From the human T2T-CHM13v2.0 reference genome, Homo sapiens: a stretch of 64,000 nucleotides of DNA. Below are positions 10,301 to 25,300 of this stretch, piece by piece. The position numbers and the translations under genes were made by a program. The notes beneath the pieces are model-generated. The model saw only the letters and a list, made by a program, of their open reading frames with translations, made no database searches and was not told the origin of the DNA. Numbering within the stretch: the stretch's first letter is position 1; each line of letters begins with the position of its first letter. Location of the stretch: assembly GCF_009914755.1 (NCBI RefSeq), contig NC_060942.1. The stretch is one strand, 5' to 3'.

Positions 10301-13300
10301 TTTGAAACACTCTTTTTGTAGTGTGTGTAAGTGGACATTTGGAGTGCTTTCCGGCCTAAGGTGAAAAAGGACATATCTTCCCATAAAAACTAGACAGAAG
10401 CATTCTCAGAAACTTACTCGTGATGTGTGCCGTCAACTAAAGGAATAGAACCTTTCTATTCATAGAGAAGTTTTGAAACGCTCTTTTTGTGGAATCTCCA
10501 AGTGGATATTTGGCTAGTTTTGAGGATTTCGTTGGAAGCGGGAATTCATCCAAATTGCAGACTGCAGCGTTCTGAGAAACATCTTTGTGATGTTTGTATT
10601 CAAGACACAGAGATGAACATTCCCTATCATAGAGCATGTTGGAATCACTCCTTTTGTAGTATCTGGAAGTGGACATTTGGAGCGCTTTCAGGCCTATGTT
10701 GAAAAAGGAAATATCTTCCCATAACAACTAGACACAAGCATTCTCAGAAACTTGTTTGTGATGTGTGCCCTCTACTGACAGAGTTGAACCTTTCTTTTCA
10801 TAGAGCAGTTTTGAAACACTCTTTTTGTAGAATCCGCAAGAGGATATTTGCATAGCTTTGAGGATTTCGTGGGAAACGGGATTGTCTTCAGGTAAAATCT
10901 AGACAGAAGCATTCTCAGAAACTTCTTTGGGATGTTTGCATTCAAGTCACAGAGTAGAACATTCCCTTTGGTAGAGCAGGTTTGAAACACTCTTTTTGTA
11001 GTATCTGGAAGTGGACATTTGGAGCGCTTTCAGGCCCATGTTGGAAAGGGAAATATCTTCCCGTAACAACTAGGCAGAAGCATTCTCAGAAACTTATTTG
11101 AGATGTGTGTACTCAACTAAGAGAATTGAACCACCGTTTTGAAGGAGCAGTTTTGAAACCCTCTTTTTCTGGAATCTGCAAGAGTATATTTGCCTAGCCT
11201 TGAGGATTTCGTTGGAAACGGGATTGTCTTCAGATAAAATCTAGACAGAAGCATTCTCAGAAACTTCTTTGGGATGTTTGCATTCAAGTCACAGAGTAGA
11301 ACATTCCCTTTGGTAGAGCAGGTTTGAAACACTCTTTTTTTAGTATATGGAAGTGGACATTTGGAGCGCTTTCAGGCCTACGTTGGAAAAGGAAATATCT
11401 TCCCATAACAACTAGACAGAAGCATTCTCAGAAACTAGTTTCTGATGTGTGTCCTCAACTAACACAGTTGAACTTTTCTTTAGACAGAACAGTTTTGAAA
11501 CACTCTTTTTGTGGAATCTGCAAGTGGATATTGGGCTAGATTTGAGGATTTCGTTGGAAACGGGATTACATATAAAAAGCAGACAGCAGCATTCTCAGAA
11601 AGTTCTTTGTGATGATTGCATTCAAGTCACAGAATTGAACATTCCCTTTCACAGAGCAGGTTTGAAACACTCTTTTTGTAGTGTGTGTAAGTGGACATTT
11701 GGAGCGCTTTCCGGCCTAAGGTGAAAAAGGAAATATCTTCCCATAAAAACTAGACAGAAGCATTCTCAGAAACTTACTCGTGATGTGTTTCCTCAACTAA
11801 AGGAGTAGAACCTTTCTATTCATAGAGAAGTTTTGAAACGCTCCTTTTGTGGAATCTCCAAGTGGATATTTGGCTAGTTTTGAGGATTTCGTTGGAAGCG
11901 GGAATTCATCCAAATTGCAGACTGCAGCGTTCTGAGAAACATCTTTGTGATGTTTGTATTCAGGACACAGAGATGAACATTCCCTATCATAGAGCAGGTT
12001 GGAATCACTCCTTTTGTAGTATCTGGAAGTGGACATTTGGAGCGCTTTCAGGCCTATGTTGAAAAAGGAAATATCTTCCCATAACAACTAGACACAAGCA
12101 TTCTCAGAAAGTTGTTTGTGATGTGTGCCCTCTACTGACAGAGTTGAACCTTTCTTTTCATAGAGCAGTTTTGAAACACTCTTTTTGTAGAATCTGCAAG
12201 AGGATATTTGCATAGCTTTGAGGATTTCGTGGGAAACGGGATTGTCTTCAGGTAAAATCTAGACAGAAGCATTCTCAGAAACTTCTTTGGGATGTTTGCA
12301 TTCAAGTCACAGAGTAGAACATTCCCTTTGGTAGAGCAGGTTTGAAACACTCTTTTTGTAGTATCTGGAAGTGGACATTTGGAGCGCTTTCAGGCCCATG
12401 TTGGAAAGGGAAATATCTTCCCGTAACAACTAGGCAGAAGCATTCTCAGAAACTTATTTGAGATGTGTGTACTCAACTAAGAGAATTGAACCACCGTTTT
12501 GAAGGAGCAGTTTTGAAACACTCTTTTTCTGGAATCTGCAAGAGTATATTTGCCTAGCCTTGAGGATTTCGTTGGAAACGGGATTGTCTTCAGATAAAAT
12601 CTAGACAGAAGCATTCTCAGAAACTTCTTTGGGATGTTTGCATTCAAGTCACAGAGTAGAACATTCCCTTTGGTAGAGCAGGTTTGAAACACTCTTTTTT
12701 TAGTATATGGAAGTGGACATTTGGAGCGCTTTCAGGCCTACGTTGGAAAAGGAAATATCTTCCCATAACAACTAGACAGAAGCATTCTCAGAAACTAGTT
12801 TGTGATGTGTGTCCTCAACTAACACAGTTGTACATTTCTTTAGACAGAACAGTTTTGAAACACTCTTTTTGTGGAATCTGCAAGTGGATATTGGGCTAGA
12901 TTTGAGTATTTCGTTGGAAACGGGATTACATATAAAAAGCAGACAGCAGCATTCTCAGAAAGTTCTTTGTGATGATTGCATTCAAGTCACAGAATTGAAC
13001 ATTCCCTTTCACAGAGCAGGTTTGAAACACTCTTTCTGTAGTGTGTGTAAGTGGACATTTGGAGCGCTTTCCGGCCTAAGGTGAAAAAGGACATATCTTC
13101 CCATAAAAACTAGACAGAAGCATTCTGAGAAACTTACTCGTGATGTGTGTCCTCAACTAAAGGAGTAGAACCTTTCTATTCATAGAGAAGTTTTGAAACG
13201 CTCTTTTTGTGGAATCTCCAAGTGGATATTTGGCTAGTGTTGAGGATTTCGTAGGAAGCGGGAATTCATCCAAATTGCAGACTGCAGCGTTCTGAGAAAC

Positions 13301-16300
13301 ATCTTTGTGATGTTTGTATTCAGGACACAGACATGAACATTCCCTATCATAGAGCAGGTTGGAATCACTCCTTTTGTAGTATCTGGAAGTGGACATTTGG
13401 AGCGCTTTCAGGCCTATGTTGAAAAAGGAAATATCTTCCCATAACAACTAGACACAAGCATTCTCAGAAACTTGTTTGTGATGTGTGCCCTCTACTGACA
13501 GAGTTGAACCTTTCTTTTCATAGAGCAGTTTTGAAACACTCTTTTTGTAGAATCCGCAAGAGGATATTTGCATAGCTTTGAGGATTTCGTGGGAAACGGG
13601 ATTGTCTTCAGGTAAAATCTAGACAGAAGCATTCTCAGAGACTTCTTTGGGATGTTTGCATTCAAGTCACAGAGTAGAACATTCCCTTTGGTAGAGTAGG
13701 TTTGAAACACTCTTTTTGTAGTATCTGGAAGTGGACATTTGGAGCGCTTTCAGGCCCATGTTGGAAAGGGAAATATCTTCCCGTAACAACTAGGCAGAAG
13801 CATTCTCAGAAACTTATTTGAGATGTGTGTACTCAACTAAGAGAATTGAACCACCGTTTTGAAGGAGCAGTTTTGAAACACTCTTTTTCTGGAATCTGCA
13901 AGAGTATATTTTCCTAGCCTTGAGGATTTCGTTGGAAACGGGATTGTCTTCAGATAAAATCTAGACAGAAGCATTCTCAGAAACTTCTTTGGGATGTTTG
14001 CATTCAAGTCACAGAGTAGAACATTCCCTTTGGTAGAGCAGGTTTGAAACACTCTTTTTTTAGTATATGGAAGTGGACATTTGGAGCGCTTTCAGGCCTA
14101 CGTTGGAAAAGGAAATATCTTCCCATAACAACTAGACAGAAGCATTCTCAGAAACTAGTTTCTGATGTGTGTCCTCAACTAACACAGTTGTACATTTCTT
14201 TAGACAGAACAGTTTTGAAACACTCTTTTTGTGGAATCTGCAAGTGGATATTGGGCTAGATTTGAGGATTTCGTTGGAAACGGGATTACATATAAAAAGC
14301 AGTCAGCAGCATTCTCAGAAAGTTCTTTGTGATGATTGCATTCAAGTCACAGAATTGAACATTCCCTTTCACAGAGCAGGTTTGAAACACTCTTTTTGTA
14401 GTGTGTGTAAGTGGACATTTGGAGTGCTTTCCGGCCTAAGGTGAAAAAGGACATATCTTCCCATAAAAACTAGACAGAAGCATTCTCAGAAACTTACTCG
14501 TGATGTGTGTCCTCAACTAAAGGAGTAGAACCTTTCTATTCATAGAGAAGTTTTGAAACGCTCTTTTTGTGGAATCTCCAAGTGGATATTTGGTTAGTTT
14601 TGAGGATTTCGTTGGAAGCGGGAATTCATACAAATTGCAGACTGCAGCGTTCTGAGAAACATCTTTGTGATGTTTGTATTCAAGACACAGAGATGAACAT
14701 TCCCTATCATAGAGCATGATGGAATCACTCCTTTTGTAGTATCTGGAAGTGGACATTTGGAGCGCTTTCAGGCCTATGTTGAAAAAGGAAATATCTTCCC
14801 ATAACAACTAGACACAAGCGTTCTCAGAAACTTGTTTGTGATGTGTGCCCTCCACTGACAGAGTTGAACCTTTCTTTTCATAGAGCAGTTTTGAAACACT
14901 CTTTTTGTAGAATCTGCAAGAGGATATTTGCATAGCTTTGAGGATTTCGTGGGAAACGGGATTGTCTTCAGGTAAAATCTAGACAGAAGCATTCTCAGAA
15001 ACTTCTTTGGGATGTTTGCATTCAAGTCACAGAGTAGAACATTCCCTTTGGTAGAGCAGGTTTGAAACACTCTTTTTGTAGTATCTGGAAGTGGACATTT
15101 GGAGCGCTTTCAGGCCCATGTTGGAAAGGGAAATATCTTCCCGTAACAACTAGGCAGAAGCATTCTCAGAAACTTATTTGAGATGTGTGTACTCAACTAA
15201 GAGAATTGAACCACCGTTTTGAAGGAGCAGTTTTGAAACACTCTTTTTCTGGAATCTGCAAGAGTATATTTTCCTAGCCTTGAGGATTTCGTTGGAAACG
15301 GGATTGTCTTCAGATAAAATCTAGACAGAAGCATTCTCAGAAACTTCTTTGGGATGTTTGCATTCAAGTCACAGAGTAGAACATTCCCTTTGGTAGAGCA
15401 GGTTTGAAACACTCTTTTTTTAGTATATGGAAGTGGACATTTGGAGCGCTTTCAGGCCTACGTTGGAAAAGGAAATATCTTCCCATAACAACTAGACAGA
15501 AGCATTCTCAGAAACTAGTTTGTGATGTGTGTCCTCAACTAACACAGTTGTACATTTCTTTAGACAGAACAGTTTTGGAACACTCTTTTTGTGGAATCTG
15601 CAAGTGGATATTGGGCTAGATTTGAGTATTTCGTTGGAAACGGGATTACATATAAAAAGCAGTCAGCAGCATTCTCAGAAAGTTCTTTGTGATGATTGCA
15701 TTCAAGTCACAGAATTGAACATTCCCTTTCACAGAGCAGGTTTGAAACACTCTTTCTGTAGTGTGTGTAAGTGGACATTTGGAGCGCTTTTCGGCCTAAG
15801 GTGAAAAAGGACATATCTTCCCATAAAAACTAGACAGAAGCATTCTGAGAAACTTACTCGTGATGTGTGTCCTCAACTAAAGGAGTAGAACCTTTCTATT
15901 CATAGAGAAGTTTTGAAACGCTCTTTTTGTGGAATCTCCAAGTGGATATTTGGCTAGTGTTGAGGATTTCGTAGGAAGCGGGAATTCATACAAATTGCAG
16001 ACTGCAGCGTTCTGAGAAACATCTTTGTGATGTTTGTATTCAGGACACAGACATGAACATTCCCTATCATAGAGCAGGTTGGAATCACTCCTTTTGTAGT
16101 ATCTGGAAGTGGACATTTGGAGCGCTTTCAGGCCTATGTTGAAAAAGGAAATATCTTCCCATAACAACTAGACACAAGCATTCTCAGAAACTTGTTTGTG
16201 ATGTGTGCCCTCTACTGACAGAGTTGAACCTTTCTTTTCATAGAGCAGTTTTGAAACACTCTTTTTGTAGAATCCGCAAGAGGATATTTGCATAGCTTTG

Positions 16301-19300
16301 AGGATTTCGTGGGAAACGGGATTGTCTTCAGGTAAAATCTAGACAGAAGCATTCTCAGAGACTTCTTTGGGATGTTTGCATTCAAGTCACAGAGTAGAAC
16401 ATTCCCTTTGGTAGAGTAGGTTTGAAACACTCTTTTTGTAGTATCTGGAAGTGGACATTTGGAGCGCTTTCAGGCCCATGTTGGAAAGGGAAATATCTTC
16501 CCGTAACAACTAGGCAGAAGCATTCTCAGAAACTTATTTGAGATGTGTGTACTCAACTAAGAGAATTGAACCACCGTTTTGAAGGAGCAGTTTTGAAACA
16601 CTCTTTTTCTGGAATCTGCAAGAGTATATTTTCCTAGCCTTGAGGATTTCGTTGGAAACGGGATTGTCTTCAGATAAAATCTAGACAGAAGCATTCTCAG
16701 AAACTTCTTTGGGATGTTTGCATTCAAGTCACAGAGTAGAACATTCCCTTTGGTAGAGCAGGTTTGAAACACTCTTTTTTTAGTATATGGAAGTGGACAT
16801 TTGGAGCGCTTTCAGGCCTACGTTGGAAAAGGAAATATCTTCCCATAACAACTAGACAGAAGCATTCTCAGAAACTAGTTTCTGATGTGTGTCCTCAACT
16901 AACACAGTTGTACATTTCTTTAGACAGAACAGTTTTGAAACACTCTTTTTGTGGAATCTGCAAGTGGATATTGGGCTAGATTTGAGGATTTCGTTGGAAA
17001 CGGGATTACATATAAAAAGCAGTCAGCAGCATTCTCAGAAAGTTCTTTGTGATGATTGCATTCAAGTCACAGAATTGAACATTCCCTTTCACAGAGCAGG
17101 TTTGAAACACTCTTTTTGTAGTGTGTGTAAGTGGACATTTGGAGTGCTTTCCGGCCTAAGGTGAAAAAGGACATATCTTCCCATAAAAACTAGACAGAAG
17201 CATTCTCAGAAACTTACTCGTGATGTGTGTCCTCAACTAAAGGAGTAGAACCTTTCTATTCATAGAGAAGTTTTGAAACGCTCTTTTTGTGGAATCTCCA
17301 AGTGGATATTTGGTTAGTTTTGAGGATTTCGTTGGAAGCGGGAATTCATACAAATTGCAGACTGCAGCGTTCTGAGAAACATCTTTGTGATGTTTGTATT
17401 CAAGACACAGAGATGAACATTCCCTATCATAGAGCATGTTGGAATCACTCCTTTTGTAGTATCTGGAAGTGGACATTTGGAGCGCTTTCAGGCCTATGTT
17501 GAAAAAGGAAATATCTTCCCATAACAACTAGACACAAGCGTTCTCGGAAACTTGTTTGTGATGTGTGCCCTCCACTGACAGAGTTGAACCTTTCTTTTCA
17601 TAGAGCAGTTTTGAAACACTCTTTTTGTAGAATCTGCAAGAGGATATTTGCATAGCTTTGAGGATTTCGTGGGAAACGGGATTGTCTTCAGGTAAAATCT
17701 AGACAGAAGCATTCTCAGAAACTTCTTTGGGATGTTTGCATTCAAGTCACAGAGTAGAACATTCCCTTTGGTAGAGCAGGTTTGAAACCCTCTTTTTGTA
17801 GTATCTGGAAGTGGACATTTGGAGCGCTTTCAGGCCCATGTTGGAAAGGGAAATATCTTCCCGTAACAACTAGGCAGAAGCATTCTCAGAAACTTATTTG
17901 AGATGTGTGTACTCAACTAAGAGAATTGAACCACCGTTTTGAAGGAGCAGTTTTGAAACCCTCTTTTTCTGGAATCTGCAAGAGTATATTTGCCTAGCCT
18001 TGAGGATTTCGTTGGAAACGGGATTGTCTTCAGATAAAATCTAGATAGAAGCATTCTCAGAAACTTCTTTGGGATGTTTGCATTCAAGTCACAGAGTAGA
18101 ACATTCCCTTTGGTAGAGCAGGTTTGAAACACTCTTTTTTTAGTATATGGAAGTGGACATTTGGAGCGCTTTCAGGCCTACGTTGGAAAAGGAAATATCT
18201 TCCCATAACAACTAGACAGAAGCATTCTCAGAAACTAGTTTCTGATGTGTGTCCTCAACTAACACAGTTGTACATTTCTTTATACAGAACAGTTTTGAAA
18301 CACTCTTTTTGTGGAATCTGCAAGTGGATATTGGGCTAGATTTGAGGATTTCGTTGGAAACAGGATTACATATAAAAAGCAGACAGCAGAATTCTCAGAA
18401 AGTTCTTTGTGATGATTGCATTCAAGTCACAGAATTGAACATTCCCTTTCACAGAGCAGGTTTGAAACAGTCTTTTTGTAGTGTGTGTAAGTGGACATTT
18501 GGAGCGCTTTCCGGCCTAAGGTGAAAAAGGAAATATCTTCCCATAAAAACTAGACAGAAGCATTCTCAGAAACTTACTCGTGATGTGTGTCCTCAACTAA
18601 AGGAGTAGAACCTTTCTATTCATAGAGAAGTTTTGAAACGCTCTTTTTGTGGAATCTCCAAGTCGATATTTGGCTAGTTTTGAGGATTTCGTTGGAAGCG
18701 GGAATTCATACAAATTGCAGACTGCAGCGTTCTGAGAAACATCTTTGTGATGTTTGTATTCAGGACACAGAGATGAACATTCCCTATCATAGAGCAGGTT
18801 GGAATCACTCCTTTTGTAGTATCTGGAAGTGGACATTTGGAGCGCTTTCAGGCCTATGTTGAAAAAGGAAATATTTTCCCATAACAACTAGACACAAGCA
18901 TTCTCAGAAACTTGTTTGTGATGTGTGCCCTCTACTGACAGAGTTGAACCTTTCTGTTCATAGAGCAGTTTTGAAACACTCTTTTTGTAGAATCCGCAAG
19001 AGGATATTTGCATAGCTTTGAGGATTTCGTGGGAAACGGGATTGTCTTCAGGTAAAATCTAGACAGAAGCATTCTCAGAAACTTCTTTGGGATGTTTGCA
19101 TTCAAGTCACAGAGTAGAACATTCCCTTTGGTAGAGCAGGTTTGAAACACTCTTTTTGTAGTATCTGGAAGTGGACATTTGGAGCGCTTTCAGGCCCATG
19201 TTGGAAAGGGAAATATCTTCCCGTAACAACTAGGCAGAAGCATTCTCAGAAACTTATTTGAGATGGGTGTACTCAACTAAGAGAATTGAACCACCGTTTT

Positions 19301-22300
19301 GAAGGAGCAGTTTTGAAACACTCTTTTTCTGGAATCTGCAAGAGTATATTTGCCTAGCCTTGAGGATTTCGTTGGAAACGGGATTGTCTTCAGATAAAAT
19401 CTAGACAGAAGCATTCTCAGAAACTTCTTTGGGATGTTTGCATTCAAGTCACAGAGTAGAACATTCCCTTTGGTAGAGCAGGTTTGAAACACTCTTTTTT
19501 TAGTATATGGAAGTGGACATTTGGAGCGCTTTCAGGCCTACGTTGGAAAAGGAAATATCTTCCCATAACAACTAGACAGAAGCATTCTCAGAAACTAGTT
19601 TGTGATGTGTGTCCTCAACTAACACAGTTGTACATTTCTTTAGACAGAACAGTTTTGAAACACTCTTTTTGTGGAATCTGCAAGTGGATATTGGGCTAGA
19701 TTTGAGTATTTCGTTGGAAACGGGATTACATATAAAAAGCAGTCAGCAGCATTCTCAGAAAGTTCTTTGTGATGATTGCATTCAAGTCACAGAATTGAAC
19801 ATTCCCTTTCACAGAGCAGGTTTGAAACACTCTTTCTGTAGTGTGTGTAAGTGGACATTTGGAGCGCTTTCCGGCCTAAGGTGAAAAAGGACATATCTTC
19901 CCATAAAAACTAGACAGAAGCATTCTGAGAAACTTACTCGTGATGTGTGTCCTCAACTAAAGGAGTAGAACCTTTCTATTCATAGAGAAGTTTTGAAACG
20001 CTCTTTTTGTGGAATCTCCAAGTGGATATTTGGCTAGTGTTGAGGATTTCGTAGGAAGCGGGAATTCATCCAAATTGCAGACTGCAGCGTTCTGAGAAAC
20101 ATCTTTGTGATGTTTGTATTCAGGACACAGAGATGAACATTCCCTATCATAGAGCAGGTTGGAATCACTCCTTTTGTAGTATCTGGAAGTGGACATTTGG
20201 AGCGCTTTCAGGCCTATGTTGAAAAAGGAAATATCTTCCCATAACAACTAGACACAAGCATTCTCAGAAACTTGTTTGTGATGTGTGCCCTCTACTGACA
20301 GAGTTGAACCTTTCTTTTCATAGAGCAGTTTTGAAACACTCTTTTTGTAGAATCCGCAAGAGGATATTTGCATAGCTTTGAGGATTTCGTGGGAAACGGG
20401 ATTGTCTTCAGGTAAAATCTAGACAGAAGCATTCTCAGAAACTTCTTTGGGATGTTTGCATTCAAGTCACAGAGTAGAACATTCCCTTTGGTAGAGCAGG
20501 TTTGAAACACTCTTTTTGTAGTATCTGGAAGTGGACATTTGGAGCGCTTTCAGGCCCATGTTGGAAAGGGAAATATCTTCCCGTAACAACTAGGCAGAAG
20601 CATTCTCAGAAACTTATTTGAGATGTGTGTACTCAACTAAGAGAATTGAACCACCGTTTTGAAGGAGCAGTTTTGAAACACTCTTTTTCTGGAATCTGCA
20701 AGAGTATATTTGCCTAGCCTTGAGGATTTCGTTGGAAACGGGATTGTCTTCAGATAAAATCTAGACAGAAGCATTCTCAGAAACTTCTTTGGGATGTTTG
20801 CATTCAAGTCACAGAGTAGAACATTCCCTTTGGTAGAGCAGGTTTGAAACACTCTTTTTTTAGTATATGGAAGTGGACATTTGGAGCGCTTTCAGGCCTA
20901 CGTTGGAAAAGGAAATATCTTCCCATAACAACTAGACAGAAGCATTCTCAGAAACTAGTTTGTGATGTGTGTCCTCAACTAACACAGTTGTACATTTCTT
21001 TAGACAGAACAGTTTTGAAACACTCTTTTTGTGGAATCTGCAAGTGGATATTGGGCTAGATTTGAGTATTTCGTTGGAAACGGGATTACATATAAAAAGC
21101 AGTCAGCAGCATTCTCAGAAAGTTCTTTGTGATGATTGCATTCAAGTCACAGAATTGAACATTCCCTTTCACAGAGCAGGTTTGAAGCACTCTTTCTGTA
21201 GTGTGTGTAAGTGGACATTTGTAGCGCTTTCCGGCCTAAGGTGAAAAAGGACATATCTTCCCATAAAAACTAGACAGAAGCATTCTCAGAAACTTACTCG
21301 TGATGTGTGTCCTCAACTAAAGGAGTAGAACCTTTCTATTCATAGAGAAGTTTTGAAACGCTCTTTTTGTGGAATCTCCAAGTGGATATTTGGCTAGTGT
21401 TGAGGATTTCGTAGGAAGCGGGAATTCATACAAATTGCAGACTGCAGCGTTCTGAGAAACATCTTTGTGATGTTTGTATTCAGGACACAGACATGAACAT
21501 TCCCTATCATAGAGCAGGTTGGAATCACTCCTTTTGTAGTATCTGGAAGTGGACATTTGGAGCGCTTTCAGGCCTATGTTGAAAAAGGAAATATCTTCCC
21601 ATAACAACTAGACACAAGCATTCTCAGAAACTTGTTTGTGATGTGTGCCCTCTACTGACAGAGTTGAACCTTTCTTTTCATAGAGCAGTTTTGAAACACT
21701 CTTTTTGTAGAATCCGCAAGAGGATATTTGCATAGCTTTGAGGATTTCGTGGGAAACGGGATTGTCTTCAGGTAAAATCTAGACAGAAGCATTCTCAGAA
21801 ACTTCTTTGGGATGTTTGCATTCAAGTCACAGAGTAGAACATTCCCTTTGGTAGAGTAGGTTTGAAACACTCTTTTTGTAGTATCTGGAAGTGGACATTT
21901 GGAGCGCTTTCAGGCCCATGTTGGAAAGGGAAATATCTTCCCGTAACAACTAGGCAGAAGCATTCTCAGAAACTTATTTGAGATGTGTGTACTCAACTAA
22001 GAGAATTGAACCACCGTTTTGAAGGAGCAGTTTTGAAACACTCTTTTTCTGGAATCTGCAAGAGTATATTTTCCTAGCCTTGAGGATTTCGTTGGAAACG
22101 GGATTGTCTTCAGATAAAATCTAGACAGAAGCATTCTCAGAAACTTCTTTGGGATGTTTGCATTCAAGTCACAGAGTAGAACATTCCCTTTGGTAGAGCA
22201 GGTTTGAAACACTCTTTTTTTAGTATATGGAAGTGGACATTTGGAGCGCTTTCAGGCCTACGTTGGAAAAGGAAATATCTTCCCATAACAACTAGACAGA

Positions 22301-25300
22301 AGCATTCTCAGAAACTAGTTTCTGATGTGTGTCCTCAACTAACACAGTTGTACATTTCTTTAGACAGAACAGTTTTGAAACACTCTTTTTGTGGAATCTG
22401 CAAGTGGATATTGGGCTAGATTTGAGGATTTCGTTGGAAACGGGATTACATATAAAAAGCAGTCAGCAGCATTCTCAGAAAGTTCTTTGTGATGATTGCA
22501 TTCAAGTCACAGAATTGAACATTCCCTTTCACAGAGCAGGTTTGAAACACTCTTTTTGTAGTGTGTGTAAGTGGACATTTGGAGTGCTTTCCGGCCTAAG
22601 GTGAAAAAGGACATATCTTCCCATAAAAACTAGACAGAAGCATTCTCAGAAACTTACTCGTGATGTGTGTCCTCAACTAAAGGAGTAGAACCTTTCTATT
22701 CATAGAGAAGTTTTGAAACGCTCTTTTTGTGGAATCTCCAAGTGGATATTTGGTTAGTTTTGAGGATTTCGTTGGAAGCGGGAATTCATACAAATTGCAG
22801 ACTGCAGCGTTCTGAGAAACATCTTTGTGATGTTTGTATTCAAGACACAGAGATGAACATTCCCTATCATAGAGCATGTTGGAATCACTCCTTTTGTAGT
22901 ATCTGGAAGTGGACATTTGGAGCGCTTTCAGGCCTATGTTGAAAAAGGAAATATCTTCCCATAACAACTAGACACAAGCGTTCTCAGAAACTTGTTTGTG
23001 ATGTGTGCCCTCTACTGACAGAGTTGAACCTTTCTTTTCATAGAGCAGTTTTGAAACACTCTTTTTGTAGAATCTGCAAGAGGATATTTGCATAGCTTTG
23101 AGGATTTCGTGGGAAACGGGATTGTCTTCAGGTAAAATCTAGACAGAAGCATTCTCAGAAACTTCTTTGGGATGTTTGCATTCAAGTCACAGAGTAGAAC
23201 ATTCCCTTTGGTAGAGCAGGTTTGAAACACTCTTTTTGTAGTATCTGGAAGTGGACATTTGGAGCGCTTTCAGGCCCATGTTGGAAAGGGAAATATCTTC
23301 CCGTAACAACTAGGCAGAAGCATTCTCAGAAACTTATTTGAGATGTGTGTACTCAACTAAGAGAATTGAACCACCGTTTTGAAGGAGCAGTTTTGAAACA
23401 CTCTTTTTCTGGAATCTGCAAGAGTATATTTGCCTAGCCTTGAGGATTTCGTTGGAAACGGGATTGTCTTCAGATAAAATCTAGACAGAAGCATTCTCAG
23501 AAACTTCTTTGGGATGTTTGCATTCAAGTCACAGAGTAGAACATTCCCTTTGGTAGAGCAGGTTTGAAACACTCTTTTTTTAGTATATGGAAGTGGACAT
23601 TTGGAGCGCTTTCAGGCCTACGTTGGAAAAGGAAATATCTTCCCATAACAACTAGACAGAAGCATTCTCAGAAACTAGTTTCTGATGTGTGTCCTCAACT
23701 AACACAGTTGTACATTTCTTTATACAGAACAGTTTTGAAACACTCTTTTTGTGGAATCTGCAAGTGGATATTGGGCTAGATTTGAGGATTTCGTTGGAAA
23801 CGGGATTACATATAAAAAGCAGACAGCAGCATTCTCAGAAAGTTCTTTGTGATGATTGCATTCAAGTCACAGAATTGAACATTCCCTTTCACAGAGCAGG
23901 TTTGAAACACTCTTTTTGTAGTGTGTGTAAGTGGACATTTGGAGCGCTTTCCGGCCTAAGGTGAAAAAGGAAATATCTTCCCATAAAAACTAGACAGAAG
24001 CATTCTCAGAAACTTACTCGTGATGTGTGTCCTCAACTAAAGGAGTAGAACCTTTCTATTCATAGAGAAGTTTTGAAACGCTCTTTTTGTGGAATCTCCA
24101 AGTGGATATTTGGCTAGTTTTGAGGATTTCGTTGGAAGCGGCAATTCATACAAATTGCAGACTGCAGCGTTCTGAGAAACATCTTTGTGATGTTTGTATT
24201 CAGGACACAGAGATGAACATTCCCTATCATAGAGCAGGTTGGAATCACTCCTTTTGTAGTATCTGGAAGTGGACATTTGGAGCGCTTTCAGGCCTATGTT
24301 GAAAAAGGAAATATCTTCCCATAACAACTAGACACAAGCATTCTCAGAAAGTTGTTTGTGATGTGTGCCCTCTACTGACAGAGTTGAACCTTTCTTTTCA
24401 TAGAGCAGTTTTGAAACACTCTTTTTGTAGAATCCGCAAGAGGATATTTGCATAGCTTTGAGGATTTCGTGGGAAACGGGATTGTCTTCAGGTAAAATCT
24501 AGACAGAAGCATTCTCAGAAACTTCTTTGGGATGTTTGCATTCAAGTCACAGAGTAGAACATTCCCTTTGGTAGAGCAGGTTTGAAACACTCTTTTTGTA
24601 GTATCTGGAAGTGGACATTTGGAGCGCTTTCAGGCCCATGTTGGAAAGGGAAATATCTTCCCGTAACAACTAGGCAGAAGCATTCTCAGAAACTTATTTG
24701 AGATGTGTGTACTCAACTAAGAGAATTGAACCACCGTTTTGAAGGAGCAGTTTTGAAACCCTCTTTTTCTGGAATCTGCAAGAGTATATTTGCCTAGCCT
24801 TGAGGATTTCGTTGGAAACGGGATTGTCTTCAGATAAAATCTAGACAGAAGCATTCTCAGAAACTTCTTTGGGATGTTTGCATTCAAGTCACAGAGTAGA
24901 ACATTCCCTTTGGTAGAGCAGGTTTGAAACACTCTTTTTTTAGTATATGGAAGTGGACATTTGGAGCGCTTTCAGGCCTACGTTGGAAAAGGAAATATCT
25001 TCCCATAACAACTAGACAGAAGCATTCTCAGAAACTAGTTTCTGATGTGTGTCCTCAACTAACACAGTTGTACATTTCTTTATACAGAACAGTTTTGAAA
25101 CACTCTTTTTGTGGAATCTGCAAGTGGATATTGGGCTAGATTTGAGGATTTCGTTGGAAACGGGATTACATATAAAAAGCAGACAGCAGCATTCTCAGAA
25201 AGTTCTTTGTGATGATTGCATTCAAGTCACAGAATTGAACATTCCCTTTCACAGAGCAGGTTTGAAACACTCTTTTTGTAGTGTGTGTAAGTGGACATTT

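Noticed and set aside
14774-15070. Longest ORF (98 aa), and the similar one at 17494-17745
   Set aside because: Arises from a single SNP (TCTACT>TCCACT) that removes a stop codon; no evidence of coding function.
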